DNA of 64,000 bases from an uncultured Verrucomicrobiota bacterium (GTDB taxonomy: Bacteria; Verrucomicrobiota; Verrucomicrobiia; Limisphaerales; AAA164-E04). Of this stretch, positions 28,147 through 38,537 are shown piece by piece. Each line of letters starts with the position of its first letter. Position 1 is the stretch's first letter. The notes beneath the pieces are model-generated. The model made no database searches. It saw nothing but the letters and a program-made list of their open reading frames with translations, and had not been told where the DNA came from. The stretch lies in NCBI GenBank assembly GCA_964415055.1, contig CAYPZD010000008.1:12838-76837 (forward strand), read 5' to 3'. The position numbers and the translations under genes were made by a program.

Positions 28147-29670
28147 ATGGAATACGAATTGGTCACCCAGGAAGACGTATTTCACTCGATGGAATCCGCC
28201 AAATCGATCGGTCGCAAGGCCTATGACGAACTCGTCACGCATCTGAGGGCGGATCTCCTCGAGGCCCAACGTGCACTGGAAGAGACTTCTCAATCGGTGA
28301 TCATCACCATCGGTGGAGTGGATGGAGCGGGTAAAGGTGAAGTCATCCAAATCCTCAACGAATGGTTGGATCCCCGAGGCCTTGATACGCACAGTTTTTG
28401 GGACATGGCCGCCAACGCCACCGATCGCCCTTACCAGTGGCGATATTGGCAAGCTCTCCCCAGACGAGGCCGCATTTGTATTTGGTTCGGAGGGATGTAT
28501 ACGGATCCCATCGACAAATACGTCCATGAACGGCGCCAGCCGGAATGGGCCGAAGAAATCAGCCGGGAGATTCGGTCCTTTGAGAATATGCTGCGCCAGG
28601 ATGGGACGGTCCAGATTAAGATATGGCTGCACCTGACCAAAGGCGCTCAGCACCGCCGTCTGAAAGATCTTTACGAAAATCCCCAGGAACATTGGCGGGC
28701 CATGCATGATGACTGGAAGCATCATAACCTTTATGAGCACTTTTCAGAAGCCGCCGAACAATTGATACTGCGCACCAATTGCAAGGAATCTCCCTGGCAT
28801 GTCATTGATGCGTCGATCAAGGAATGGAGAAATGTCACAGTCGGAAGACTCCTGCATGAATCCATGTTGAAAGCCATCAAACTCCAGAAACAATCATCAA
28901 ACAAAAAGAAACCCGCGGTAAAACACACCAAAGTCGAGCACGATTATCTCGCTGAAGTGGATCTGAGCCAGCGGCTGGATCCAGAAGTCTATGAGCAGGC
29001 ATTAGTCACCTGGCAAGGACGGTTGCACCGACTCTTCTGGGAAGCCTACGATCGCAACATCTCCACCGTACTCACCTTCGAAGGCTGGGATGCGGCCGGC
29101 AAAGGAAGCGCCATCAAACGCGTCACGGCTGCCATCGATGCCCGACTTTACCGCATCGTTTGTGTCGGCGCACCCACACAAGAAGAAAACCGTTATCATT
29201 ATTTGTGGCGGTTCTGGGATCCGCTGCCTCGAGCGGGACGCATCACCATATTCGACCGCTCCTGGTATGGCCGGGTGCTCGTTGAACGCGTGGAGAAGTT
29301 TGCCAAGGAACATGAATGGGCGCGCGCTTATGAGGAAATCAATGAGTTCGAACAACTCATGACAAGCCATGGTACCGTCATTTGCAAATTCTGGCTGCAT
29401 ATCAGCAAGGAAAAGCAGATGGACCGCTTCAAGAAACGCCTGAAAGTCCCCTACAAACGACACAAAATAACGGACGAAGACTGGCGTAACCGGGAAAAAT
29501 GGTCCCAATATGAAACGGCTGTCAACGATATGATCGGGTTAACAAACACGCCTCATGCTCCCTGGACCATTGTTGCCGGGAATAGCAAAAAATTTGCACG
29601 TATTCAAATTCTACAATCAATTTGCAAACAATTGGAACAAGCACTAGGGAATTCAGGTGATCAAACCTGA
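28147..29670 (+). CDS. two-domain PPK2 family enzyme (polyphosphate:AMP phosphotransferase-like)
   Basis: Two tandem PPK2 modules, each with a Walker-A-like loop (GGVDGAGKGEV and EGWDAAGKGSAI) and a lid block (YQWRYW / YLWRFW). ATG 28147 (MEYELV) is preferred over 28117. Confidence 0.85.
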   Translation: MEYELVTQEDVFHSMESAKSIGRKAYDELVTHLRADLLEAQRALEETSQSVIITIGGVDGAGKGEVIQILNEWLDPRGLDTHSFWDMAANATDRPYQWRYWQALPRRGRICIWFGGMYTDPIDKYVHERRQPEWAEEISREIRSFENMLRQDGTVQIKIWLHLTKGAQHRRLKDLYENPQEHWRAMHDDWKHHNLYEHFSEAAEQLILRTNCKESPWHVIDASIKEWRNVTVGRLLHESMLKAIKLQKQSSNKKKPAVKHTKVEHDYLAEVDLSQRLDPEVYEQALVTWQGRLHRLFWEAYDRNISTVLTFEGWDAAGKGSAIKRVTAAIDARLYRIVCVGAPTQEENRYHYLWRFWDPLPRAGRITIFDRSWYGRVLVERVEKFAKEHEWARAYEEINEFEQLMTSHGTVICKFWLHISKEKQMDRFKKRLKVPYKRHKITDEDWRNREKWSQYETAVNDMIGLTNTPHAPWTIVAGNSKKFARIQILQSICKQLEQALGNSGDQT

Positions 29671-29721
29671 TTTTGTCGCAATCCCATTGCGAAGGCTCAG
29701 GTTCTCGTTCATAATCACTCC

Positions 29722-30918
29722 GTGAGTTTCGCTAAGACCTTTCATCATTTCCCGGCAGCCGATTGGCTGGAACGATGCATGACATCGCCGGCTTTCCGTG
29801 CCCAACACGCTCTGGAGACATCCTCCGGAGATGTCCTGACACGTTTCGCGGCTTTGATCGCTCCTTCCGCAGAGGCTCACCTGGAGGAAATCTGTCAAAT
29901 TTCCAAGTCCGTCACTCAGCAACGTTTTGGAAAAGTCATTCGCCTTTTCGCGCCACTCTATCTTTCAAACGAATGCATTAACAACTGCTCTTATTGCGGC
30001 TTTTCCCGTGACAACCCCATTCTCAGGGTGACTTTGTCTGATGAAGATATCCTTCGAGAAGCACGCGAACTTACCCGTCAGGGTTTCCGCAACATTTTGC
30101 TGGTTGCCGGAGAGCATCCCAAATTTGTGTCCTCCGGGTATCTGGAAACAAGCCTTCGAACATTGCGTGAGTTCGTGCCTGGATTATCACTCGAAGTCGG
30201 CCCCATGGAAACGGATGAGTATCGAACCATGGTTCAGGCGGGAGCGGAAGGTCTGGTGGTTTACCAGGAGACCTATGACCGGGACATGTATACAAAAATG
30301 CACACCGCCGGTCCCAAGAAGCATTTTGACTGGCGTTTGGAAACACCTGAACGAGCCTACGAAGCAGGCTTTCGCCGTTTGGGCATTGGAGCGCTGTTCG
30401 GATTGGCCGATTGGCGAGCAGAAGCACTGGCTCTGGCCGCGCACACTCTTTACCTGCTCAAGCATTGCTGGAAAGCACAATTGACACTCTCTTTTCCGAG
30501 GTTGCGCCCCTGCGCCGGATCCTTTAAACCCCTGACCCATCTGTCCGATAAACATCTGGTTCAATTGATTTCCGCTTTCCGGATTTGTTTCCCCGATGTC
30601 GGGCTCGTACTGTCCACCCGGGAACCTGCCCCTCTGAGAAATGGCCTGATTCCACTTGGTATCACTCTCATGAGCGCAGGAAGTCACACAGAACCGGGGG
30701 GATATACCGGGGCAGGAAAGGAAAATCTCCACCAAACAGAGAAAGGACGCGCTGTTCCGATTACTGAAGGAAGCAGCGAATGGGCGGATGGCAATGCGAG
30801 CGCCACCGGACAATTCGATATTGCCGACGAACGATCCCCCGCAGAAATGGCCGATCAAATACGTCACCTTGGATATGAACCCGTCTGGAAAGACTGGGAT
30901 GCCGGTATTCTGGCGTGA
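29722..30918 (+). CDS. thiH: 2-iminoacetate synthase (radical SAM, thiazole biosynthesis)
   Basis: Colinear with ThiH. The radical SAM cluster motif is LYLSNECINNCSYCGFS (CX3CX2C). A GTG start is inferred from alignment of FAKTF...DW with the ThiH N-terminus. Confidence 0.85.
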   Translation: MSFAKTFHHFPAADWLERCMTSPAFRAQHALETSSGDVLTRFAALIAPSAEAHLEEICQISKSVTQQRFGKVIRLFAPLYLSNECINNCSYCGFSRDNPILRVTLSDEDILREARELTRQGFRNILLVAGEHPKFVSSGYLETSLRTLREFVPGLSLEVGPMETDEYRTMVQAGAEGLVVYQETYDRDMYTKMHTAGPKKHFDWRLETPERAYEAGFRRLGIGALFGLADWRAEALALAAHTLYLLKHCWKAQLTLSFPRLRPCAGSFKPLTHLSDKHLVQLISAFRICFPDVGLVLSTREPAPLRNGLIPLGITLMSAGSHTEPGGYTGAGKENLHQTEKGRAVPITEGSSEWADGNASATGQFDIADERSPAEMADQIRHLGYEPVWKDWDAGILA

Positions 30919-30949
30919 CTTGGCCCGCACTTTAAAACACTGACATACC

Positions 30950-31156
30950 ATGCCCGTTGTCACAGCAAATGGAAAAAAACTGGAATCTGAAAGGATTCCC
31001 TGCTCGGTCGAGCAATTCCTGACCGAACAAGGATTATTGCCAAAATCAGTCGTCGTGGAACTCAACGGCAATGCCATCCCTCCTTCGGAATTCACGAACC
31101 ACCAGGTCAAGGAAGGCGATCATTTGGAAATAGTGAAAATCGTTGCAGGCGGTTGA
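30950..31156 (+). CDS. thiS: sulfur carrier protein ThiS
   Basis: 68-aa ubiquitin-like ORF ending in GG (EIVKIVAGG), 31 nt after thiH. Confidence 0.8.
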   Translation: MPVVTANGKKLESERIPCSVEQFLTEQGLLPKSVVVELNGNAIPPSEFTNHQVKEGDHLEIVKIVAGG

Positions 31157-31176
31157 GCCATCTCATTCCTGAAGCC

Positions 31177-32961
31177 TCATTTTAAAGGCCAAAGCAAAGG
31201 GATAACAATGGATGCCACCACCCATATCAACAGATTCAGAGGCAATCCTACCCGGATAAAATCCCTGAACTGATACCCCCCCGCACCGTAAACCAACGCG
31301 TTGGTTTGATATCCAATAGGGGACGCAAAACAAGCGGAAGCCCCGATCGCAACCGCGATCAAAAAAGGTTTGGTTGCCAGGTCCAGATGATGGGCCATCT
31401 CCAATACAATCGGAGTCATGATCACTGCAACTGCGTTGTTAGACAGAAAAGTGGTCAGCAACGAGGTCAGCAAAATGATTCCCGACAATAAAACCACTGG
31501 GTGACTTCCCCCCATAGCTGAAATCAGATGACTTGCCAGCCAATCGATGCCGGAGGTCTTTTCCAATGCTGTTCCCAAACCAAGCATCCCGAAAATCAAA
31601 AACAAAATACGCCAATCCACAGCTCGATAGGCTTCGTCCATCTCCAAACAACCGGTCACCACCATCACCAATGCTGCCCCCATCCCCAAGGCCGCAATGG
31701 GCATTGAAGTCAACGTGGCCGCAATCACCATGGCTATGATGACACCCGCGGCAATCCATTGTTTACTTTTACGTGGAACGGTCCTGGGGGCATCAGAGAG
31801 CACAATCACATCACGGGAATCTCTAAGTCGACGCATGGAGTTCTCCGTTCCCTCCAATAGAAGCGTATCACCATATTGCAGGATCGTGGATTCAAATTGA
31901 TTGCGTAGATTGACCCCGTGCCGATGAACGGCCAGCACCAACACGCCGAACAATCTTCGTAAATCACCCTGGCGTATAGATTTCCCTATCAACGACGATC
32001 GGGGGCTGATCACACACTCAACGACAGCCGCTTTCTGTGTCCCCACCCATTCGAGTCCCATCTGGCCTTCTCCTTTGAGAATTTCCAAACCGGACAGGTT
32101 TTTCAACTCCATCACCGAAGAAAAAACAGTGCTCAATCTCACTCGATCGCCCGCTTGAAACTCCACTTGATCCAATGGAACCCCAATCAACTCGTCGCCC
32201 CGTATGACCTCCAGAATACGGGCCTTGGGAATGGACTTGAGCGATGTTTCCACCAGTTTCTTACCAACCAGAGGAGAATCCGGAACAATAATGGCTTCAG
32301 TAAAGAATTGTTTACTCTCGGTCGTTTGAAGGATGGTGGACAAAGTCTCGCGGTCGGGGAGCAATTTCCGTCCGATGGTCCACAGATATCCCAATCCAAT
32401 CACCGTTAAGATGAGAGCCACTCCGGTCAAATCAAACATCCCGAGAGCTTTTTCCCCCAGACTATGACCTGTCGAACTTACCAGGATGTTGGTCGAGGTT
32501 CCTATCAAGGTACAGCAACCACCCAGTATGGAAGCAAAGGACAGAGGTATTAACAGTTTCGATGGTTTGATTCCGCGTCGCGAAACGATACCAATCACCA
32601 TGGGCATAAACACCAGAACAACGGGCGTATTATTAATAAAGGCAGATAGAAACGCTACCATGGGAAGCAAAGTCAAACTGACAGAAAGCTCCGATTTTCC
32701 CACGATTTTGTTCATCCAGCCCCCTACCCGGTCGATGGCGCCAGTGCGCTCGAGTGCGGAGCTCAGTACGAACATCGAAGCAACCGCAATGACCGCTTCG
32801 TTGCTGAACACCTTGAATAATTCTTCGGGCGTCAACAAACCGGCAAACACCAGCAGCACCATAGCCGCCACTGAAATGACATCGGAACGCCACCGCTCCC
32901 AAACCATGGCCACGAAAACAACACCCACCAGGGTGAATACGATGATCATGTCAGTTGTCAT
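31177..32961 (-). CDS. SLC13/DASS-type anion permease with two central TrkA-C domains
   Basis: 594 aa. Multi-TM N- and C-terminal halves flank two soluble repeats (PDSPLVGKKLVETSL... and SPRSSLIGKSIRQGDL...). Confidence 0.8.
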   Translation of the reverse strand: MTTDMIIVFTLVGVVFVAMVWERWRSDVISVAAMVLLVFAGLLTPEELFKVFSNEAVIAVASMFVLSSALERTGAIDRVGGWMNKIVGKSELSVSLTLLPMVAFLSAFINNTPVVLVFMPMVIGIVSRRGIKPSKLLIPLSFASILGGCCTLIGTSTNILVSSTGHSLGEKALGMFDLTGVALILTVIGLGYLWTIGRKLLPDRETLSTILQTTESKQFFTEAIIVPDSPLVGKKLVETSLKSIPKARILEVIRGDELIGVPLDQVEFQAGDRVRLSTVFSSVMELKNLSGLEILKGEGQMGLEWVGTQKAAVVECVISPRSSLIGKSIRQGDLRRLFGVLVLAVHRHGVNLRNQFESTILQYGDTLLLEGTENSMRRLRDSRDVIVLSDAPRTVPRKSKQWIAAGVIIAMVIAATLTSMPIAALGMGAALVMVVTGCLEMDEAYRAVDWRILFLIFGMLGLGTALEKTSGIDWLASHLISAMGGSHPVVLLSGIILLTSLLTTFLSNNAVAVIMTPIVLEMAHHLDLATKPFLIAVAIGASACFASPIGYQTNALVYGAGGYQFRDFIRVGLPLNLLIWVVASIVIPLLWPLK

Positions 32962-33023
32962 TGCTCACCTTTCATTCAGTGATTCATCAGCATTTTCAGA
33001 TCGCCGACCGGGTCGGTAAAATA

Positions 33024-34421
33024 TCAGGAATGAATTGTCCGGTCATCCACCGACAATGCCGCTTCCTTCACCGCTTCGGAAAAAGTGGGATGCGCGTGGC
33101 AGATTCGAGCCAGATCCTGACTTGTGGATTGGTGGTGCATCGCAACGGCCGCTTCGTGAATCAGCTCACCCGCATTTTCACCAAGAATATGGACTCCCAA
33201 AACACGATCCGTCTCCTCATCGGCCAACATCTTCACCCAACCATCCACATCACCCGTGGCCCTGGCGCGTCCATTGGCCCTGAAGTGAAACATCCCTTTG
33301 CGGTAGGCAATCCCTTTGGACTGCAAAGCCTCCTCAGTGGCGCCGATCATGGCCAGTTCCGGATGGGTGTAGACAACGGCGGGTATCAAGTCATAGTCGA
33401 CATTTGCTTCGTTACCGCACAACTGTTCAGCAAAGGCAACGGCTTCTTCTTCCGCCTTGTGGGCCAGCATGGGACCAGGGATAACATCCCCTAAGGCGTA
33501 AACCCCAGGCACATTCGTCTCAAACCGTTCATTCACCTGAATACATCCACGCTCATCAGCCTGTACTCCCAGCTCTTCCAGACCTAGACTGCCCGTGAAA
33601 GGTTTTCGCCCAACAGCCACCAACACATGACTGCATTCAATGACCTCGCCACCATCCAATTCGATGCGACAACCATCCCCTTGTCGTCCGGCAGACAAAA
33701 CTTTCTTGCCAAACTGGAATACCAATCCCTGGCGATTCAAAATACGTTGAGCTTCCTGGGCGGCTTCACCATCCATGCCGGGAAATATCTGTGGTAACAT
33801 CTCCAAAACAGTGACTTTGGCCCCCAATCGACTCCAGACGGAACCTAGCTCCAATCCAATGTAACCACCACCGATCACCACCAGATGCTCGGGAACCGAT
33901 TCAAATGACAAGGCCTCCTGACTGCTCACAATGCGTTCCCCGTCGAAAGGAACTTGTGGCAACGCGGCGGACTGACTGCCGGTGGCGATGAGGATGTTTT
34001 TCGACTGGATTGTGGAATCGCTTCCATCCTCAGCCAAAACCCGCACTTGTCCCGGGGCGGTGATGCACGCCTGCCCTTTGATGGAAGTGATCTTGTTCTT
34101 CTTGAACAAGGTTTCCACGCCCTTGCCCAGCATGTTCACGGTCTGCTGCTTGCGTTTCATCATGCGCCCAAGATCCAGCCGGGGGGCATCCACCATGACC
34201 CCATGCTGTGCCAGCTGCTTGTTCGCAAACACAAAGTGGGCACTCGATTCCAACAAGACTTTACTGGGAATACAGCCGACGCGGAGACAAGTGCCCCCGA
34301 GGGATGGCGCCTTATCCACGCAGGCTACTTTGAGCCCGAGTTGGGCCGCACGTATGGAAGCAACATAGCCGCCCGGGCCGCTCCCAATCACCGTCAAATC
34401 AAATTCGCTATTCTCCGTCAT
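33024..34421 (-). CDS. lpdA: dihydrolipoyl dehydrogenase
   Basis: FAD motif VIGSGPGGY, redox-active disulfide GGTCLRVGCIPSK, NAD motif VIGGGYIGLE, and the C-terminal HAHPTFSE. ATG 34421 (MTENSEFDL) is preferred over the listed 34508. Confidence 0.9.
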   Translation of the reverse strand: MTENSEFDLTVIGSGPGGYVASIRAAQLGLKVACVDKAPSLGGTCLRVGCIPSKVLLESSAHFVFANKQLAQHGVMVDAPRLDLGRMMKRKQQTVNMLGKGVETLFKKNKITSIKGQACITAPGQVRVLAEDGSDSTIQSKNILIATGSQSAALPQVPFDGERIVSSQEALSFESVPEHLVVIGGGYIGLELGSVWSRLGAKVTVLEMLPQIFPGMDGEAAQEAQRILNRQGLVFQFGKKVLSAGRQGDGCRIELDGGEVIECSHVLVAVGRKPFTGSLGLEELGVQADERGCIQVNERFETNVPGVYALGDVIPGPMLAHKAEEEAVAFAEQLCGNEANVDYDLIPAVVYTHPELAMIGATEEALQSKGIAYRKGMFHFRANGRARATGDVDGWVKMLADEETDRVLGVHILGENAGELIHEAAVAMHHQSTSQDLARICHAHPTFSEAVKEAALSVDDRTIHS

Positions 34422-34517
34422 TTCGTTACGTTGGAAAACCATAGGTCGTTCGTCACGAACATGGGAGAAAAAACGGTGCTTTTGTTCGAAACTATTTTGG
34501 ATCGCCAATGCTAGGGA

Positions 34518-36389
34518 TCACTCTGAAATATCTCCTGATTTACCCAGGTGCTTGACTGGCTGGACAATGATCTGATTCGATTTCATTTGAATCAATTCTT
34601 CCGAGGTATTGTTGTATCGCACAGGCGGAATGCCTTTTTCTGACAGGAAAAGCAAGTTGGATTCCACCCGATTTGTCGAGGCCCGGTGAAAGCGCAACGG
34701 AGATCGATCGATATTGGAAATAGCATTCCCCTGAATCGTAAATCCGGTCGTTCCTTCATCCAAAAACATTCCATTGCTTTCCGCCCGCCCAAGGTTCAGG
34801 GGCACATCATGAATCACGTTCCCCTTAATCAGGCTGTTGGGTTGACGTCCGAGCGTGTAGATGCCTCCTCCATCCGACAGGACCTGCATCACGTGATGGA
34901 TGGTGTTTTGTTGAATAAGGTTCTCTCCGGCGGGAGTCGGAGTGGGACTCCACATCCAGCCCAATGAAATGCCAGTGTAAGGCAGGTTTCGAATCGTATT
35001 ACATTCCAATCGCGTTTCGCGCGTGAATCCCGACCAAACACCAACCGCACCAAAGAATTGAGTGCCGCACTCTTCCACAATGTTCGAGGTGAGTGTGTTC
35101 CTTGCTGCCACCTGATCAGGTGCCGACTGCCACCAGGTTTTCCCATCAACCTTACGGGAGGAATCTTCGCCAATCATGATCCCATTGCCGGACACATGAT
35201 GAACATGGTTGAAGTTGACCTGATTATTCACCGCCCAGGATCCGACATGTAACCCGGTAGTTCCCAGGTTGCGCAGTTCATTACCTTCGAATGTGCAGTT
35301 CTGGACAAACTGCATTTCAACAGCTGCCGGGATAAGTTCCCGCAAGGCGCCCCCTTCCCCGAAGCGTCGTTCGTGATAGGTGGCCTGCCCTGCCGCATAT
35401 CCGTGGTCGGGAATGGGCCAGAACGTGTGCTCTAAAACCAATCCTTTGATATGCACATTCTGAACCGGTCGGTCAGGAGCTCCAATCAATCGAACCAATT
35501 GGGAAGCCAAAGGAAGAACCGCCTCGAGATTTTCAGGTTGTTCACCATCCCGGGGCATGTAGAGAAGTTCTTTTGATGACCGATCCAGATACCATTCTCC
35601 GGGGCGATTGAGAAAACTCCTGGAATGTTCCAGGTAGTAACGGGGATGCTTTTCGAAGTTGTCGATGGCGAAATGGGGAGCATTGGGGCCGATTGGATCT
35701 TTTACCGTCAGGATACGCCGGGCAAAATCAATATCCCTGATCCCAACTCGTGACGTGGACCAATCATGAAAAAACACAAGCTCACATTGATCCATATCCG
35801 GAATGATCTTCAGATCACCCTCATAAAATGAAAAACTGGTCCGACGGTCTCTGCCAGCTGATTCAATGCGCAGGAAATCATCATCCGGAAAGCGCGCCCG
35901 AGTGGCGCGCTCATCTCCCACGTATAATTCTCTGACTCCTGACAAATCTCCCGGATAATCAGCAACCGACGCTTTAAACAAACCGTCATCCTCCTTCACC
36001 CAACCTTTGACCGGCCAGCCCCCCGATAAGACTGCACGTTCACCCGCAAACGGCCGGATCGTCAGGGAGGTCAAAATAACTGGCCATTTTTGTGCATTAA
36101 GCTCCCAGGCTTCACTCAGACGATAGATGCCGCCTCTCAAAACAATCGTCACCTCAGGAGGGGTGCCACCACTATTGGAGAACAGGAAGGATCTGGCCTT
36201 TTCACCGGCTTTGCCCAAGGTGAGCAGTGGGGATTCGAAGCTTCCCCTGTTTTCATCATCCCCATCGGGGCTAACAAAAATTATTTGGGGCGCATCCGAT
36301 GTGGGTTGAGCTAATGCAATACCACTTGTATCAACAAAGAGTGCGACGAGAACGCACAGAATCCTGAAGGAAATCATCGGCGATTTCAT
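34518..36389 (-). CDS. secreted right-handed parallel beta-helix repeat protein
   Basis: 623 aa with a signal peptide. Repeated NxxxxN/G-rich beta-helix turns occur in the C-terminal half (NCTFEGNELRN, NFNHVHHVSGNG, NTIHHV, GNVIHDV, GNAISN). The catalytic class is unknown. Confidence 0.6.
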   Translation of the reverse strand: MKSPMISFRILCVLVALFVDTSGIALAQPTSDAPQIIFVSPDGDDENRGSFESPLLTLGKAGEKARSFLFSNSGGTPPEVTIVLRGGIYRLSEAWELNAQKWPVILTSLTIRPFAGERAVLSGGWPVKGWVKEDDGLFKASVADYPGDLSGVRELYVGDERATRARFPDDDFLRIESAGRDRRTSFSFYEGDLKIIPDMDQCELVFFHDWSTSRVGIRDIDFARRILTVKDPIGPNAPHFAIDNFEKHPRYYLEHSRSFLNRPGEWYLDRSSKELLYMPRDGEQPENLEAVLPLASQLVRLIGAPDRPVQNVHIKGLVLEHTFWPIPDHGYAAGQATYHERRFGEGGALRELIPAAVEMQFVQNCTFEGNELRNLGTTGLHVGSWAVNNQVNFNHVHHVSGNGIMIGEDSSRKVDGKTWWQSAPDQVAARNTLTSNIVEECGTQFFGAVGVWSGFTRETRLECNTIRNLPYTGISLGWMWSPTPTPAGENLIQQNTIHHVMQVLSDGGGIYTLGRQPNSLIKGNVIHDVPLNLGRAESNGMFLDEGTTGFTIQGNAISNIDRSPLRFHRASTNRVESNLLFLSEKGIPPVRYNNTSEELIQMKSNQIIVQPVKHLGKSGDISE

Positions 36390-36457
36390 GGCTCAGATTA
36401 TATTAAGAAATCCGCATTGAGGTCCACATCGAATACAGCTTTATCAATGATAAAAGT

Positions 36458-38410
36458 TTAATCAAAATCCTGCCATTCAGCGGCCCCGCAATTGATCAGG
36501 GCAGATTCAAGAGCCCATCCAGTGAAGGAGGCATAGTTAAAATCCCTGTATCGCCTTCTGGTATCCGTTCCTTCCAATCCCTTGCGAACAGTCTCCATGC
36601 GCTGAACCAGTGGTTTTGCCAGCACACCCAAATCATGCAACGTTCGAGCTGCCTGCAACGCCACCCACGAATAATCGCTGGCAATATATTGACCCAATGC
36701 CTCCAATCCGATCTTTGTTTCGTTATTCCGGCATAAGACTTCGGCACAGGCAATGGCAACCGAAGGAGATTTGTCTTTAAGCCCTGCTTTTAAAAGTCCA
36801 AGACTCCGTTGATCAGGCCTTATTTGACGTGCAACATATCCGGTAGCGCCCCAGAAACGTATCCCACTGTCCGGGGACTCCAAAAAGGAAGCCAATTGCT
36901 TCTCATTGGCGGATGATGTAGCCACCCAGGAAGCTTGCAGAATGGAAGGCAGATCGTATGAGGAACGGTCGTTCGCCATATCGAAAACCGTTGTTTCATT
37001 ATTCAAAGCGCGCAGTTGATATTCGGCTTCATGCAGCATTCCGGTGTCGTGATGTTCCAGCATCCAGTTCATCATGATTTCCCGCATGGATTCGATCTTT
37101 TGAGCGTAGGCCGGATCCTCGATGCGGTTGTTGATTTCAAACGGATCGGATTCAAGATCGTAAAACTCTTCCACCGGTTTTCGATTTGACCACATCAAGG
37201 AAGATACGGCATTGAGCTCGCCAGCACCCTTTGCACGTCGCAGTTCGACCAACGACTCTTTTTGATTCCCAAAAATGCGCCCACCTTGCACGTAGGGTAA
37301 ATGTGGCAGAAAATGTCGAATATAAATGTGTCTTCCATCATGTACGGTCCTTGAAATTTCAAACATATCATCGGCCCGATCCCTGGCGGCAAAAACGTAA
37401 TCACGCCGCCGCGATCGGTCTTCACCAAGAAAACGATTCCCCTGCATCACCGGCGGCACATCAACCCCGGCCAGGGCCAACGTGGTCGGTGCAAAATCAA
37501 CAAAACTGACCAGTTCATTTGTTTCAGATCCCGGCATTTGCCCGGCGGCCAGGTGTTGATATTGCTTTGGAATGCGAACCATGAACGGCACCCGGATCCC
37601 GGAATCCAACAACCAACGTTTGTGACGCGGCAATCCATGACCATGATCACTGAAGAACCAGACAATCGTATTTTCCCACAATCCATCGTCCTTCAACCCT
37701 TGGATCACCTGGCCCACTTCTTCGTCCATCGCCGATACCAAGTCATAATAGCGCGCCCACAACTCACGCATTTTGGGAGTATCCGGAAAATAGGGCGGGA
37801 CTTTGGCGTGATTCGGATCATGCCGCTTGCTGTCAGGCAGACTCGCCGTGGCTTGATCGTATCGCTCTTTGAAATTCGCCGGGCCTTCATGCGTGGTTCC
37901 GAACACAAAAAAACTGAAGAAGGGCTTGCCACCTTTCCTCTGACGCCAGGGAGCCATGTCCTTTTTCCAGTAATCATAAATACCGTCCGGAGAAAAGTTA
38001 TAGTCCGTCTTTGCATAATTGGTCACAAAATAGCCGGCCTCCTTCAGGTAAAGTGGAAAGGGACGAATCGACTCTGGTAAGTCGACTTCACATCGCAAAT
38101 GCTGCGCTCCAAACGAGGTGGGATACAGTCCGGAAATCAAACACGCCCTGGCTGGCGCACATATCGGTGCATTGGCAAAGGCGTTTCGATAGAGAATGGA
38201 GTCCTCCGCCAAGGCATCCAGATGGGGTGTGATAGCGAATGCATCATCATAGCAACCCAGTGTCTCATCCAAATCTTCACAGTTGATCCAAACGATATTG
38301 GGCGGTTCCAGGACTTGGGCATGTAAATGCGATCCCAATAGCAACGCAAAGATTCCCCAAACGGCGTTCCATCGGCAAGTGCAGCACAAAAAGCAGACAA
38401 TCGGATTCAT
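36458..38410 (-). CDS. formylglycine-type sulfatase with C-terminal HEAT-like repeat extension
   Basis: Signal peptide, NIVWINCEDL, and the sulfatase signature CAPARACLISG (C-x-P-x-R). The last approximately 165 aa (36461-36958) show HEAT-like repeats (SPDSGIRFWGATGY, DKSPSVAIACAEVL, WVALQAARTLHDLG). Confidence 0.85.
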   Translation of the reverse strand: MNPIVCFLCCTCRWNAVWGIFALLLGSHLHAQVLEPPNIVWINCEDLDETLGCYDDAFAITPHLDALAEDSILYRNAFANAPICAPARACLISGLYPTSFGAQHLRCEVDLPESIRPFPLYLKEAGYFVTNYAKTDYNFSPDGIYDYWKKDMAPWRQRKGGKPFFSFFVFGTTHEGPANFKERYDQATASLPDSKRHDPNHAKVPPYFPDTPKMRELWARYYDLVSAMDEEVGQVIQGLKDDGLWENTIVWFFSDHGHGLPRHKRWLLDSGIRVPFMVRIPKQYQHLAAGQMPGSETNELVSFVDFAPTTLALAGVDVPPVMQGNRFLGEDRSRRRDYVFAARDRADDMFEISRTVHDGRHIYIRHFLPHLPYVQGGRIFGNQKESLVELRRAKGAGELNAVSSLMWSNRKPVEEFYDLESDPFEINNRIEDPAYAQKIESMREIMMNWMLEHHDTGMLHEAEYQLRALNNETTVFDMANDRSSYDLPSILQASWVATSSANEKQLASFLESPDSGIRFWGATGYVARQIRPDQRSLGLLKAGLKDKSPSVAIACAEVLCRNNETKIGLEALGQYIASDYSWVALQAARTLHDLGVLAKPLVQRMETVRKGLEGTDTRRRYRDFNYASFTGWALESALINCGAAEWQDFD

Positions 38411-38537
38411 AACGGGTCAAATACTAGCGTTTTTTGATGCCGTTTCCAAATGGATATCGGTTCCATAGAAAAAAACCATGATTTCTCAATGAATTTCGCT
38501 TGACCGGGTGTGGAGGCTTTGAGCGGAATGGTGTCCA

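Noticed and set aside
28000-28740. Long antisense ORFs inside well-supported genes. Examples: 28000-28740(-), 30187-31110(-), 20648-21343(-), 39120-39899(-), 40224-40826(-), 40863-41522(-), 3473-4396(+), 45929-46882(+), 47024-47695(+), 57097-57729(+), 58122-58931(+), 32486-33494(+), 33954-34514(+), 63329-63910(-).
   Set aside because: Each lies fully within, and opposite to, a gene with clear family motifs. Their products are low-complexity (Arg/Gly/His/Pro-rich) and resemble no family. They are typical shadow ORFs from codon-position bias.
29671-29721. TPP riboswitch expected upstream of thiH-thiS.
   Set aside because: The spacer is only 51 nt. It lacks the conserved CUGAGA / ACCUGA elements in a foldable arrangement and is too short for the aptamer.
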